DNA of 64,000 bases from Candidatus Latescibacterota bacterium (GCA_963707635.1 OY970173.1:704001-768000); one strand, 5' to 3'; positions 8,734 to 19,358 are shown, counted from the stretch's first letter. Notes: generated by a model not told the origin, from the sequence alone. Numbers and translations: made by a program.

Positions 8734-10566
8734 ATGAGCGACGGCACCCCGATCGACCGTCTGAAAGCGGCGGCGGACAGTTTTCCCACCGAGCCCGGGG
8801 TCTATCTCTTCAAGGACGAAGTCGGCCGCGTGCTCTACGTGGGCAAGGCGCAGTCGCTTCGAACCCGCGCCCGGAGCTACTTCCGCGAGGGCGGCGACGG
8901 TCGCGCGAGCATCGAATTCCTCCTCCAGAAATCACGCAGCCTCGACTGCATCGTCACCGGAACCGAGCAGGAAGCGCTGATCCTCGAGAACAACCTCATC
9001 AAGAAACACCGGCCGCGCTACAACGTCGTGTTCAAGGACGACAAGACCTACGTCAACCTGCGTCTCAATACCGACCACCCGTTCCCGCGCATCACCGTGG
9101 TGCGCCGCCCCCGGCGCGACGGCGCGCAATACTTCGGACCGTTCGCGTCGGCCGGCTCGGTCCGGCACACGCTGCGCACGCTGGGGCGCATCTTTCCGAT
9201 GCGCACGTGCACCGACGCGGAGCTGGAGAGTCGCACGCGGCCGTGCCTCTATCACTACATCAAGCGCTGTCCGGCGCCGTGCGTTGGAAAGATCGACGCG
9301 CAGGAGTACGCGGAAACGGTCAAGCGCGTGACCATGTTTCTCAAGGGGCGCAACCAGGAGCTGCTAAAGACCCTGCGCGATAAGATGGAGCTGCAGTCGG
9401 CGGAGCGGAGGTACGAAGACGCGGCGCGCACGCGCGATCAGGTGTACTCGATCCAGCGCGTGATGGAAAAGCAGCACATCTCGTCGCCGCGGCGCGCCGA
9501 GCGCGACGTGTTTGCCACCTGCCACCGCCACGAGCGGCTGGTGATCCAGATGCTGGCGGTGCGGGGCGGGGAGGTTTCCGGGGCGGAGACCTTTGCCTTC
9601 TCGAGCGCGGTCCAGCCGACCGGGGAACACCTGGGGTCGTTCCTGAACCAGTACTACCAGAGCGGCGCGACGATTCCCGACGAGGTGCTCACCGCTGACG
9701 AGATACCGGATGCGGCCCCGCTCGAAGCCCTGCTGTCGGAGCGGGCGAAACGCGCGGTGTCGATCACCCGGCCGAAACGCGGCGAACGCGTGACCCTCGT
9801 CGAGCTGGCCCGGCGCAACGCCCGCGTCGCGTTCGACGAGGGCCGCGGGGGTGAACGCAACCGCGAGCTTCTGGAGGACCTGCAGGAGCTCCTCTCGCTC
9901 GAGCATTACCCGCGGCGGATCGAGTGTTTCGACATTTCGAACCTGCAGGGGACGAAGGCGGTCGGGTCGGGGGTCGTGTTCATCGACGGCGCGCCGGCGA
10001 AATCGGCCTACCGGCGCTATCGGATTCGCACCGTCGAGGGTTCCGACGACACCGGGATGATGCGCGAGGTACTGGAGCGGCGGGTGGCCCGCGGCCTCAA
10101 GGAGGGAGACCTTCCGGACCTGCTCATCGTCGACGGCGGGCGCGGGCAGCTGAACGTGGCGCGGGACGTCCTGCACCGCCTCGGGGCCGACGTCGTCGCC
10201 GCCGTCGGGATGGCGAAGGTCCGGGAAGGAGAGGGGCGCAAGGTGCGCGGCAAGGAGCGAATCTACCTCCCCGACGTAGCCGAGCCCCTATTCCTCGAGG
10301 GGGCATCCCCGGCGCTCCATCTCCTGGAACGGGTCCGAGACGAGGCGCACCGATTCGCGATCGCGTACCACCGGGAATTGCGCGGGAAGGCCATGGGGCA
10401 GTCGAAACTCGACTCGGTTCCGGGCATCGGCCGGGTGCTGAAGCAGAGACTCCTGCAGGAGTTCGGAAGCGTCGAACGCATCCGGCGCGCCCCTATCGAG
10501 GTGCTGGCCGCCGTCCCGGGAATGTCCCCACGGCGGGCGTGGGCGGTGAAGGACGCCCTCGGTTGA
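8734..10566 (+). CDS. uvrC: Excinuclease ABC subunit C
   Basis: GIY-YIG domain (PGVYLFKD..LYVGKA..LR.R), RIECFDISN, PDLLIVDGGRGQ, RDEAHRFAI, C-terminal HhH. Confidence 0.97.
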   Translation: MSDGTPIDRLKAAADSFPTEPGVYLFKDEVGRVLYVGKAQSLRTRARSYFREGGDGRASIEFLLQKSRSLDCIVTGTEQEALILENNLIKKHRPRYNVVFKDDKTYVNLRLNTDHPFPRITVVRRPRRDGAQYFGPFASAGSVRHTLRTLGRIFPMRTCTDAELESRTRPCLYHYIKRCPAPCVGKIDAQEYAETVKRVTMFLKGRNQELLKTLRDKMELQSAERRYEDAARTRDQVYSIQRVMEKQHISSPRRAERDVFATCHRHERLVIQMLAVRGGEVSGAETFAFSSAVQPTGEHLGSFLNQYYQSGATIPDEVLTADEIPDAAPLEALLSERAKRAVSITRPKRGERVTLVELARRNARVAFDEGRGGERNRELLEDLQELLSLEHYPRRIECFDISNLQGTKAVGSGVVFIDGAPAKSAYRRYRIRTVEGSDDTGMMREVLERRVARGLKEGDLPDLLIVDGGRGQLNVARDVLHRLGADVVAAVGMAKVREGEGRKVRGKERIYLPDVAEPLFLEGASPALHLLERVRDEAHRFAIAYHRELRGKAMGQSKLDSVPGIGRVLKQRLLQEFGSVERIRRAPIEVLAAVPGMSPRRAWAVKDALG

Positions 10567-10680
10567 CCCCCCGGTGCATTGACTTTCGAGGGGCACCCCC
10601 TTATGATGCGTGTGGCCTGGCAGTTGCGCGAGGCCGCCCCACCACCGTCTTTCAACGCAGCATTTCCGGAGGTTCAGGAG

Positions 10681-11760
10681 TTGAATTCGACACGTGCGTT
10701 CGTCGTTGTGGCGTTGGGTGTGCTCGCAGTCGTTGCGGCCTGTAGCGAAACCACCCTGCCTCCGCCTCCCGGGCTACCCCCCCAGATCGAGACCCTGGCG
10801 TCGTACTCGTATTCGAACACCGGCCTGACCAACAACGACGTGTACGCCTTCCTGGCGGTGAGCAACGGCGAGTTCTGGATTGGCGGCGCGTCCGGCATCG
10901 CCAGGTTCCCCGATGAGAACGCCACCTCGCGCGACCCGGATGCCTACGTGAGCGAGATCACCGGGCTGCCCAACTCGAAGGTCCGCGTGATGGTCGAGTA
11001 CAGCGGCAAGGTCTATGTCGGCACCTGGGGCGGTGGCGTCGGCGTGTACGACGTTGCCGGCGGCACGTGGACGGCGATCCAGCAGAGGACGAACGGGCTG
11101 CGCAACAACAGCATCGCCGACATCGAGGTGTCCGCGGAGTCGGGGGGCCGCATCTACTTCGCCACCAACGACGGGGTGAGTATCTACAACCCGGCCACCC
11201 AGACGTTCACCAGCGTCGTTACGCCGCCGCTCCTCGACAAGCTGGTTTCGAGCATCGAGGTCGTCGACTTCAGCGGGACCATCAATCGCTGGTACGGCCC
11301 CCGCAACGAGGTAAGGTTGACACCCGCCCAGATCCTCGTCCACGGGATCACGGTGACCCGGACCCCCGGGACGACATACACGTACACGCCCGCCAACTCC
11401 GGCATTGCGGAGCCCAATGTGAACGACATCCTCTACGACAGCGACCGCCAGTCGTACTGGGTGGCGTACGGGTCGAAGGGGATCGCCGAGGTCAGCCTGA
11501 CACAGAAGACGTGGACCACGGACACGTTGGTGCAGGGGCTTCCGTCCAATACGGTGTATTCGATCACGCGCGCCAACGGCATCATGTGGGCGGCCACCCT
11601 GAACGGCCTGGCCAAGCGCGTGGGCGAACACAAGTGGCAGGGGTATGATCGCGGCGGCGGGCTCCAGGCGGACCGCGTACGCGCCGTCTATTCGCCAGAC
11701 GGGGATCGCCTCTATGTCGCCTTCATGGACGGTGGCGCCGCACGCGTCCAGACGCACTAG
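10681..11760 (+). CDS. Lipoprotein with beta-propeller repeats (two-component regulator propeller-like)
   Basis: TTG start after GGAG; lipobox-like VAAC; repeated GLPNSKV/GLRNNSI/GLPSNTV...W.AT..G blades. Confidence 0.75.
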   Translation: MNSTRAFVVVALGVLAVVAACSETTLPPPPGLPPQIETLASYSYSNTGLTNNDVYAFLAVSNGEFWIGGASGIARFPDENATSRDPDAYVSEITGLPNSKVRVMVEYSGKVYVGTWGGGVGVYDVAGGTWTAIQQRTNGLRNNSIADIEVSAESGGRIYFATNDGVSIYNPATQTFTSVVTPPLLDKLVSSIEVVDFSGTINRWYGPRNEVRLTPAQILVHGITVTRTPGTTYTYTPANSGIAEPNVNDILYDSDRQSYWVAYGSKGIAEVSLTQKTWTTDTLVQGLPSNTVYSITRANGIMWAATLNGLAKRVGEHKWQGYDRGGGLQADRVRAVYSPDGDRLYVAFMDGGAARVQTH

Positions 11761-11782
11761 GCTCGAGGCGCGGGCCTGCCGG

Positions 11783-12928
11783 TCAGGCGATTTCGAACGT
11801 CTTCGGGAAGCGCGTCAGGTTGACGATTCCGCGTCTGGTGACCAGGACCGTATCCTCGATACGAACCCCGCCGTGCGGGTGGTAGTACAAGCCCGGCTCG
11901 ACCGTCACCACCATCCCCGATTCCAGCACCACGTCGTTGTCCGCGATCCGCGGAGCCTCGTGAATCTCCAGCCCCAGCCCGTGGCCGGTCCCGTGGAAGA
12001 AACCCTGCATGCGCCCGTCGATCTTGCCGGTTGGAAACCCCCGCGCGTCGAACAGCTTGAGAATACCGCGGTGGATGTCGCGCGCGCGTGCTCCGTGGCG
12101 GATCGAGCGCAGCGCCAGGCGCTGGCCGGCGAGCACCGCATCGTACATGCGGCGAACGCGGTCGCTCGGCGCGCCCTTGACCACGGTGCGGGTGATGTCC
12201 GCGAAGTAGCCGGTCGCCTCGGAGCGCGGGAAGATATCAATGATGATGGGGTCGCCGGCCCGGATGTGTCCGCCGCCCACATCGTGCGGGTCGCACCCGC
12301 GGCGTCCCGCCGCGACGATGGTGTGGGCCGGCATGCACCCGCGCGCGAGGATCTCGAGATTGGCAGTGCGGCGCAGGGACTCGGCCGTGAGCCGCTTGCC
12401 ACCGCTCACCACCCAGCCACCGGCCACGCGCGATTGGCGCAGCACGTCGATCGCCGCGCCCAATCCCGCCTCGGTGGCGCGCATGGCGGCGCGAACCGCG
12501 GCGGTTTCGGCGGGCGACTTGTGCAGTCGTTCCGGGAACAGCGGCCCGTCCGCGATGCGCACGCGCACGCCACGTGAGCGCAGGCGCTCCACCATCCCGG
12601 CCGGAAAGCGCGCCGGCACCAGGACCGCGCGTATGGACAAGTCGCGCAGCACCTCGGCGACGACGTCGGCGGGCGCGGGTTCGGAACCGAGCCGCGCCTT
12701 CGCCCGCTCGACATAGCGCGAGAACGAGAGCACGCGGTGGGCCTTCGCCTGCGCGCGCGTCCGATCGATCTCCAGATCGCTCATCACGAAGATGCGGCGG
12801 CCGCCGGCGCTCCGGATGAACACGAACGGATCCGGGCAGAAGAAACGCGTCGCGTACCACACATCGGCGTCGGATTCGCTGGACGCATAGAGTAGAATGG
12901 TCTGGCCGTTGGCGGCCGCTCGAGGCAT
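11783..12928 (-). CDS. Xaa-Pro peptidase, M24 family
   Basis: IIIDIFP..GYFADITRT, FHGTGHGLGLEIHE, TVEPGLY, GGVRIEDT. Confidence 0.92.
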   Translation of the reverse strand: MPRAAANGQTILLYASSESDADVWYATRFFCPDPFVFIRSAGGRRIFVMSDLEIDRTRAQAKAHRVLSFSRYVERAKARLGSEPAPADVVAEVLRDLSIRAVLVPARFPAGMVERLRSRGVRVRIADGPLFPERLHKSPAETAAVRAAMRATEAGLGAAIDVLRQSRVAGGWVVSGGKRLTAESLRRTANLEILARGCMPAHTIVAAGRRGCDPHDVGGGHIRAGDPIIIDIFPRSEATGYFADITRTVVKGAPSDRVRRMYDAVLAGQRLALRSIRHGARARDIHRGILKLFDARGFPTGKIDGRMQGFFHGTGHGLGLEIHEAPRIADNDVVLESGMVVTVEPGLYYHPHGGVRIEDTVLVTRRGIVNLTRFPKTFEIA

Positions 12929-13029
12929 GGACGTCTCCTTTGGTGCGCGGGTTGCCGGGCGTGCGCCCGGTTTCGCGCCGGCGCCGATCATCGCAGCACC
13001 GCGCGGCCGTGTAAAGCCGTGAACTGGTC

Positions 13030-13866
13030 ATGAACGACAAACGCATCGATCTGCACATGCACTCCCACCACTCGGACGGCGTCCACGCGCCCTCCGTGCT
13101 GGTCGACCTCGCGAAGTGGAAGGGGATCTCGGCCATCTCGCTCAGCGATCACGATTCGCTCGAGGGGTATCCGGAGCTCGCGTCGGCCGCGGAAGCGGCC
13201 GGGATAGAAGTGATGACCGGGGTCGAGCTCTCGTGCGAACACGGGGGCCGCGACCTGCACGTGCTGGCCTACGGGGTCGACTTCGACAGCGAAAACCTCC
13301 AGGGGCTGCTGCGCGAGTTTCGCGCCGCGCGCGAGGAGCGCGGGATCCGCATCGTCGAAAAGCTCGCCGAGCAGGGCGTGCGCCTCGACATCGCGAAGGT
13401 AATGGCCAAGGCTGGAGGGGGAGCGCTCGGCCGGCCCCACATCGCGGCCGCGCTGCTCGAGGCTGGCTACGTGGGGGACCACGCGCAGGCGTTCGTGAAG
13501 TACATCGGCGAGGGGTGCCCCGCCTACGTCGAAAAATTCAAGCTCAGCCCGGCCCAGGCGGTCGACTGCATCCAGGCGGCCGGCGGACTCGCGTTCGTCG
13601 CCCACCCCGGGTACTATCTCGACGACCTCGATTCCTTCACCGATCTGCTCGAGCTCGGGTTCGACGGCATCGAGGTCTACCACCCGCACCACACCGCCGC
13701 CGTGACGACGCGCCTGCTCACCATCGCGCGCGACGCCGGCCTGCTGCTCTCCGGCGGCTCCGACTTCCACGGATTCGCGGGGCGCGACAACCTGGGCGAA
13801 CCGCCGGTGCCGTACGCGCTGTTCGAACGCATCCAGGAACATCTCGACGAAACGAGGCGACCATGA
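13030..13866 (+). CDS. PHP-domain phosphoesterase (TrpH/YciV-like)
   Basis: DLHMHSHHSDG, SDHD, GVELS, GRPHIA, AHP and GGSDFHG motifs. Confidence 0.92.
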   Translation: MNDKRIDLHMHSHHSDGVHAPSVLVDLAKWKGISAISLSDHDSLEGYPELASAAEAAGIEVMTGVELSCEHGGRDLHVLAYGVDFDSENLQGLLREFRAAREERGIRIVEKLAEQGVRLDIAKVMAKAGGGALGRPHIAAALLEAGYVGDHAQAFVKYIGEGCPAYVEKFKLSPAQAVDCIQAAGGLAFVAHPGYYLDDLDSFTDLLELGFDGIEVYHPHHTAAVTTRLLTIARDAGLLLSGGSDFHGFAGRDNLGEPPVPYALFERIQEHLDETRRP

Positions 13867-14315
13867 TCGAAGCAGGAGACTTGGCCCCCGACTTCACGCT
13901 GCTCGCTGACGACGGCTCGCGCGTCACGCTGTCCGCGCTGCGGGGCCGGCCCGTCATTCTGTTCTTCTTCCCCAAGGCCGACACCCCCGGCTGAACGGCC
14001 GAAGCATGCGATTTCCGGGACGAAATCGCCGCATTCCAGCGCAAGCGCAGCGTCGTGCTCGGCGTCAGCAAGGACTCCGTCAAGGCGCAGGCGAAGTTCA
14101 AGGAGAAGTACCAGCTCCCCTTCCCGCTCCTGAGCGATCCCGACGCGACGGTGTGCAACGCCTACGGGGTGATCAACGAGAAGAGCATGTACGGGAAGGT
14201 GGTGAAGGGGATCGAGCGCTCGACCTTCATCGTCGACGCCGAGGGGCGCATCGCGAAGGTGTACCGGAAGGTCAAGGTGGCCGGCCACGCCCGGGCCGTG
14301 CTCGACGACCTCTAG
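13863..14315 (+). CDS. bcp: BCP/PrxQ peroxiredoxin, probable selenoprotein (in-frame TGA at codon 44)
   Basis: One continuous frame: MIEAGDLAPDFTL...FFPKADTPG-(TGA 13992-13994)-TAEACDFRD...GVSKD...FPLLSD...GIERSTF; the TGA sits at the peroxidatic Cys position. Confidence 0.88.
14008..14029 (+). promoter_or_regulatory. Putative bacterial SECIS hairpin
   Basis: Perfect 8-bp stem GCGATTTC/GAAATCGC with loop CGGGAC; the loop starts 22 nt after the TGA. Confidence 0.7.
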
Positions 14316-15064
14316 CGCCGTCCCGCGACGGCCCGCCGGCGGGGCCTCCCGCCGCGAGAGCGCCGTGGCGGCGAACCCGCCGCGCTCACGACACGATAGT
14401 GCAAGAACACTTCGCTGCCGACGCGCTTGAGCGACACCAGCGCGAGGCGCGGGTGATCTTTCCACAGGAAGCCTTCGCCGTCCAGGAACGACGGAGCCTG
14501 CTTGCCGCCGATCAGCTGCGGTGTCAGCGTGACGTAAATCTCCGCCACCATCCCCGCCTTCGCGAACGCGAAGTGCACCTCGCCACCGCCCTCCAGCAGG
14601 CAGCGCTTGAGCCCGCGCGCGCGCAGCTCGGCCAGCACCCGCACGGGGGACAGCGATCGCCCCGGCAGCACGATCACCTCCGCGACGCGCTGGAAGCGCT
14701 TCACGCGCGCGGGCGGGGCCGAACGCGTGGTAAAGACAAGCTTGCGCGTGGCATCGCTGGCGAAGAAGCGTGACGTGACGGGCAGATCGAGGAGGCGGCT
14801 CAATACGACGTTGACCGGGTGGGGTGAGCGGCCGCGCGCCGAACGCGCCTCGCGCAGGTCCTCGTAGCGCAGCAGGATCGGATACCCGTCGTGACGGACG
14901 GTCCCCGCACCCACGATCACCGCGTCCGCACGCGAGCGCAGTTCGTCCATCAGACGACGGTCGTGCTCGCTGCCGAGCGGAAAGCGCTCGCGTTTGCGCG
15001 TCGTGATGCGGCCGTCGACGCTGACGGCCATGTTGACGATCACTCCGCGAGGAATCGATTTCAT
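14312..15064 (-). CDS. RibD C-terminal domain (DHFR-like reductase) protein
   Basis: NMAVSVDGRI, LRSRADAVIVGAGTVR, LLEGGG. Confidence 0.88.
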   Translation of the reverse strand: MKSIPRGVIVNMAVSVDGRITTRKRERFPLGSEHDRRLMDELRSRADAVIVGAGTVRHDGYPILLRYEDLREARSARGRSPHPVNVVLSRLLDLPVTSRFFASDATRKLVFTTRSAPPARVKRFQRVAEVIVLPGRSLSPVRVLAELRARGLKRCLLEGGGEVHFAFAKAGMVAEIYVTLTPQLIGGKQAPSFLDGEGFLWKDHPRLALVSLKRVGSEVFLHYRVVSAAGSPPRRSRGGRPRRRAVAGRR

Positions 15065-15232
15065 GATGCCAATTGACGGCGCGGGTCCTGTCGCCGACAG
15101 CCCGCGTTCCGAGCGACTGCGCGGGTCCTGTCATCTCGCCACCCCGCGGGCTTCGCCGCGCGGGGCCCCGTCTCGATGCCACCCGCTTGAGCGTGTGACG
15201 CCGCCGGGCGCCTGTCGGCGACACCCGCGTGT

Positions 15233-16462
15233 CTACCGGAAGATCCGTCGGAACCTCTCGGCCGCTTCCTCGATCACCGGCACCGGCGTGGCCGAGAAGG
15301 AAATGCGGACGTGATCGGTGAAGTGGCGGCCGAAGCACGAGCCGTAAACGGTCGCGATCCCGTTCTCCATCAGCAGATTGTAGATGTAGTGATTCCGTTC
15401 GTCCGCGGACAGGTCGCCCGGTATGACGTCGGCGAAGTTGGGGAACATGTAGAACGCCCCCGCCGGGCGGTCGACGACCACGCCGCGCAGATCCTTGAGC
15501 CCCTCGTGGAGCGCGTCGCGGCGGCGCTCAAACTCCTGCACCATCCCGTCGATCGCGCGCCGGCTTTCCGGCAGGTTGGACAGCGCCTCCGCGGCGGCGT
15601 GCTGGAGAAACGCCGGGACGCCGGCCGTCTGCGTGTAGTTTCCGAGACGCAGAAGCCTGGCGATCCGGGCGTGACGGGTCACGGCGTAGCCGAGCCGCCA
15701 CCCGGTCATCGCGAACGTCTTGGAAAGGGTGAACACCGTGATGATGTTGTCCTGCGGCACGCGAGCGAGCGAATAGTGCCGGCCGCCGTCGTAGACGATC
15801 TTCTCGTACGCCTCGTCGGAGATGACGAACACTCCGTTGCGGGTGCAGATGTCGACGATGCGCAGCAGCTCGTCCTCGGTGAACACCTTCCCGGTCGGGT
15901 TCTGGGGGTTGTTGAGATAAAAGAAATCGCGGCCGCGAATCGCTGCTTCGACGCGCTCGTAGTCGACGGAGAAATCGCGATTGAGCGGCACCTCGGCGAA
16001 GTCGATCTGTGCGAACGGAACGAAGTTTTCGAGCGCGCAGCTCCAGGTCGGGGAAAACCCGGCTCCGCTCGAGAAGAGTTTGAACGAGAGCTCCAGCCCT
16101 TCCTGTCCGCCGCAGGTCGCGACCACGTGCGCGGGTTCGAGGTCGGTGACCTCCTGGTCGGCGCGGAGCCGTCGGATGACCGCCTCTTTGAAGAACTCTT
16201 CGCCGCCGGACTTGGGATACTTGGTGAGGCCCAGGTCGAGCCCGCGCTTGGCGGCGTCGACGATGAACGGCGGGGTCGGAAAGTCGATTTCGCCGCGCTG
16301 GAAGAAAACGAACTTGCGTCCGGACTTCTCGAATTCCACCGCCCGCTGCTTCGCCTCCTCGCTGATGGAGACGATGGGCGACATGCGTATGTCTTCGAGC
16401 GCGTGGTTGAAGGTGGCGCGCAGCGGCGTGCGCGGGGCCGTCGGTTCGGTGGTCGGTTGCAT
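15233..16462 (-). CDS. PLP-dependent aminotransferase class I/II
   Basis: NNPQNPTG, ISDEAYE, SKTFAMTGWRLGY, PAGAFY. Confidence 0.93.
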   Translation of the reverse strand: MQPTTEPTAPRTPLRATFNHALEDIRMSPIVSISEEAKQRAVEFEKSGRKFVFFQRGEIDFPTPPFIVDAAKRGLDLGLTKYPKSGGEEFFKEAVIRRLRADQEVTDLEPAHVVATCGGQEGLELSFKLFSSGAGFSPTWSCALENFVPFAQIDFAEVPLNRDFSVDYERVEAAIRGRDFFYLNNPQNPTGKVFTEDELLRIVDICTRNGVFVISDEAYEKIVYDGGRHYSLARVPQDNIITVFTLSKTFAMTGWRLGYAVTRHARIARLLRLGNYTQTAGVPAFLQHAAAEALSNLPESRRAIDGMVQEFERRRDALHEGLKDLRGVVVDRPAGAFYMFPNFADVIPGDLSADERNHYIYNLLMENGIATVYGSCFGRHFTDHVRISFSATPVPVIEEAAERFRRIFR

Positions 16463-16528
16463 CGGGCCTTTCGATGGTCGCCTCTCCGCCCGGCTGCGCT
16501 TGCCGCGCGGCCGATGGGAGAAGCGAGG

Positions 16529-16849
16529 CTAGGGTTTTGCCTTGTGGCGTGCGGCGCGGCGCAGCTTGCGCCGGTAGCGCCGCAGCGCCGTGTTGAACTC
16601 GTCGACTTTCGCTCGCTGTACTTTTTCCGCCGCCGCCGCGCGGTCCTTCTTGAGCGAACGGATTCTCTGCTTCAAGTCGGCGCGGGTGAGCGGGCCGCTC
16701 CTGCCCGACGCACCGCCGGCCGCGCCCCCGGAGAGCAGGGCCACGAGGCCGTCCTTCTTCATCGTGGCGAGACCCTTGACGTCGCCGAGCTTTTTCGCTT
16801 CCTCGCGGAGTTCCGCCACCGTCATCTTCTTCAGAGCATCGGCATCCAT
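16529..16849 (-). CDS. Small basic protein with a Rho N-terminal-like domain
   Basis: LKKMTVAELREEAKKLG..G...MKK..LV resembles Rho_N; basic helical C-terminus; AGGA RBS. Confidence 0.65.
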   Translation of the reverse strand: MDADALKKMTVAELREEAKKLGDVKGLATMKKDGLVALLSGGAAGGASGRSGPLTRADLKQRIRSLKKDRAAAAEKVQRAKVDEFNTALRRYRRKLRRAARHKAKP

Positions 16850-16930
16850 CGCGGTTCCTTTCGAATGGTGTTTTGATCGAGGCGGGCGTATGATACAACA
16901 CCCCAAATCCCGTCAACAAGGGCGGTCACG

Positions 16931-19348
16931 ATGAATCGATTTTTTGCCGCGCGCGCACTCGTCGTCGCGCTCGCACTGGCGGCGTCCTGCGCGCAGCAGG
17001 AACAGGCCCCGACGGCGGAAGCGCCCTCGAAATCGCTCTCCGAGGGCGAGGCGCGCCGCTTCGACCAGCTCACCATCCGGCTGATCATGCAGGGCCCCGG
17101 CCTCGTCGGCACGCCGCCGACCAGCCCGTGCTTCTCGGCCGACGGGTCGAACCTGTTCTTCCAGTGGAACCCGCCGGCGCGGCTCGATTCGCTGAGCGCG
17201 AGCGATCCCGAAAACGCGTACGACCACTACCTGGATCTCGAGCGCGAGGCGGGGACCTATCGGCTCGACGTGGCGACGCGCAAGCTGGAGAAACTCTCGG
17301 ACGCGGTCGCGGACACGACCGTGCCGGACGAATTCGCGTGGGATCGAGCGCGGCGGCGGCGCGCGGAAATACGAAACGGCGACCTCTGGCTGGTCGACCT
17401 CGCGGGGGGGCGCACCCGCCGGATGACCCAGACCGCAGAGGAGGAACGCACGCCGCAGATCTCGGCCGACGGCGCCACCGTCTACTTCGTGCGCGGCGGC
17501 AACGCGTTCGCGCTCCCCTTCGGCGGCGGGACGATCCGGCAACTGACCCAGGTCGAGACCTCCGACGCCCCCGACGAAGGCAAGCCCAACCCGCAGCGGA
17601 AATTCCTGATCGACCAGCAGAAGGCGCTGTTCGTGGAGTTCAAGGACCGCGGCGAAAAGGAGAAAAAAGAGAAGAACATCGCCCACCCACGCAAGCTCTA
17701 CGTCGGCAGCGGATTCACGGTGCAACGGGTGCTGGTGTCGCCGTCCGGCGCCTACGTCGCGATGGCGCTGAGCCGCGAATCGTCGAACGCGCGCAAGCCG
17801 GTCATCCCGGTGGTGGTGACGGAAAGCGGCTACGCCGAGACCGAGGAGGTGCGCACCCTGGTCGGCGACGCCCAGGAAGAGACCCGGATCGTGTTCGTCG
17901 ACGTCGCCGCCGATTCGCTCGTGTGGATGAAGAGCGACGCCACCGCCACCGTCGAAGTGAAGGCGTGGTCGCCGACCGAGGACGTGCTCCTCGTGCGCGA
18001 GTTGCCCGCGCACTGGCACGAGCGCCGTTTTTCGCTGGTCTCGCCGCGACAGCGCGACGTCGAGGGCAAGGCCGTGCCGAGGCTGCTCGACCGTTTCCAC
18101 GACGACGCGTGGGTAGACGGGCCCGACTTCGACGATACCGGCGCCTGGCTTCCGGACGGCAGCGGGGTCTACTTCATCTCCGAGGCGGGCGGGTGGGGGC
18201 ACCTGTATACGGTGTCGGTGACGGGACGGCAGAAGCAGCTCACGCGCGGCGCCTTCGAGGTATACGACGCGATTCTCGACGCAGCGCACGAGCGCTGGTG
18301 GCTCGTGAGCAACGAGGGACGCCCGGGTTCGCACCGGCTCTGGACGATGGACCTGGACGGGGCGAACCGCCGTCTGCTCACGCCGAATGCCGGCAACTAC
18401 GAGGTCGTGCCCGCTCCGTCGATGGCGCTGGCCGCGATCACCTACTCGAGCGCGACACATCCACCCGAACTCTACCTCCTCGACGCGTCCTCGGGTTCAC
18501 TCGACGGCCCGTTCACCGAGTCGACGACGAAGGCGTTTCGCGCCTATCCATGGCTCGAGCCCGAAACCGTCGCGTTCAAGGCCTCTGACGGGGTCGAGGT
18601 GCCCGCGCACCTGTTCCGCCCCGAGCGCTTCGGCGGGACGCCCAACGGCGCGGGTGTGATCTTCGTCCACGGCGCCGGCTATCTTCAGAATGTCATCGAC
18701 GGGTGGAGCTACTACTATCGCGAGTTCATGTTCAACAGCTTTCTGGCCGCGCACGGGTACGCGGTGCTCAACGTGGACTACCGCGGGTCCGCCGGTTACG
18801 GCCGCGATTGCCGCACGGCGATCTACAAACACATGGGCGGGCGCGACCTCGACGACGTGATCGACGGCGCGCGCTACCTCGTGCGCGAACACGGCGTGGG
18901 CGAGAAACAGGTCGGGATGTATGGCGGGTCGTACGGAGGGTTTCTGACCTTGATGGGCATGTTCAAGTACCCGGACGAGATCGCCGCCGGCGCCGCACTG
19001 CGGTCGGTGACCGACTGGGCGCATTACAACCACGGGTACACGGTGCGGATTCTGGGTACACCGGCCGAGGACCCCGAGGCGTATCGCCGCTCGTCGCCGA
19101 TCTATTTTGCCGAGGGTCTGGCGGGGAACCTGGTCATGCTGCACGGGCTTCGCGACGACAACGTGCTGGCCGAGGATGTGCTGCGCTTGAGCCAGCGACT
19201 CATCGAGCTCGGCAAGGAGAACTGGGACCTGGCGCTGTATCCGGTGGAACGGCACGCGTACCGGCGGGCGTCGTCGTGGACGGATCAGATGACGCGCGCC
19301 TACAAGGTATTCGAGCGCACGCTCCCCGCGCGTCCCCCCGCGCCGTAG
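16931..19348 (+). CDS. S9 family peptidase (DPP IV/prolyl oligopeptidase), lipoprotein
   Basis: Lipobox LAASC; VHGAGY, DYRGSAGYG, GGSYGG nucleophile, DDNV Asp, ERH His. Confidence 0.92.
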   Translation: MNRFFAARALVVALALAASCAQQEQAPTAEAPSKSLSEGEARRFDQLTIRLIMQGPGLVGTPPTSPCFSADGSNLFFQWNPPARLDSLSASDPENAYDHYLDLEREAGTYRLDVATRKLEKLSDAVADTTVPDEFAWDRARRRRAEIRNGDLWLVDLAGGRTRRMTQTAEEERTPQISADGATVYFVRGGNAFALPFGGGTIRQLTQVETSDAPDEGKPNPQRKFLIDQQKALFVEFKDRGEKEKKEKNIAHPRKLYVGSGFTVQRVLVSPSGAYVAMALSRESSNARKPVIPVVVTESGYAETEEVRTLVGDAQEETRIVFVDVAADSLVWMKSDATATVEVKAWSPTEDVLLVRELPAHWHERRFSLVSPRQRDVEGKAVPRLLDRFHDDAWVDGPDFDDTGAWLPDGSGVYFISEAGGWGHLYTVSVTGRQKQLTRGAFEVYDAILDAAHERWWLVSNEGRPGSHRLWTMDLDGANRRLLTPNAGNYEVVPAPSMALAAITYSSATHPPELYLLDASSGSLDGPFTESTTKAFRAYPWLEPETVAFKASDGVEVPAHLFRPERFGGTPNGAGVIFVHGAGYLQNVIDGWSYYYREFMFNSFLAAHGYAVLNVDYRGSAGYGRDCRTAIYKHMGGRDLDDVIDGARYLVREHGVGEKQVGMYGGSYGGFLTLMGMFKYPDEIAAGAALRSVTDWAHYNHGYTVRILGTPAEDPEAYRRSSPIYFAEGLAGNLVMLHGLRDDNVLAEDVLRLSQRLIELGKENWDLALYPVERHAYRRASSWTDQMTRAYKVFERTLPARPPAP

Positions 19349-19358
19349 GCAACCGCGC

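Noticed and set aside
13992..13994. bcp as a pseudogene
   Set aside because: The stop is TGA exactly at the catalytic Cys and is followed by a SECIS-like hairpin; recoding is more parsimonious
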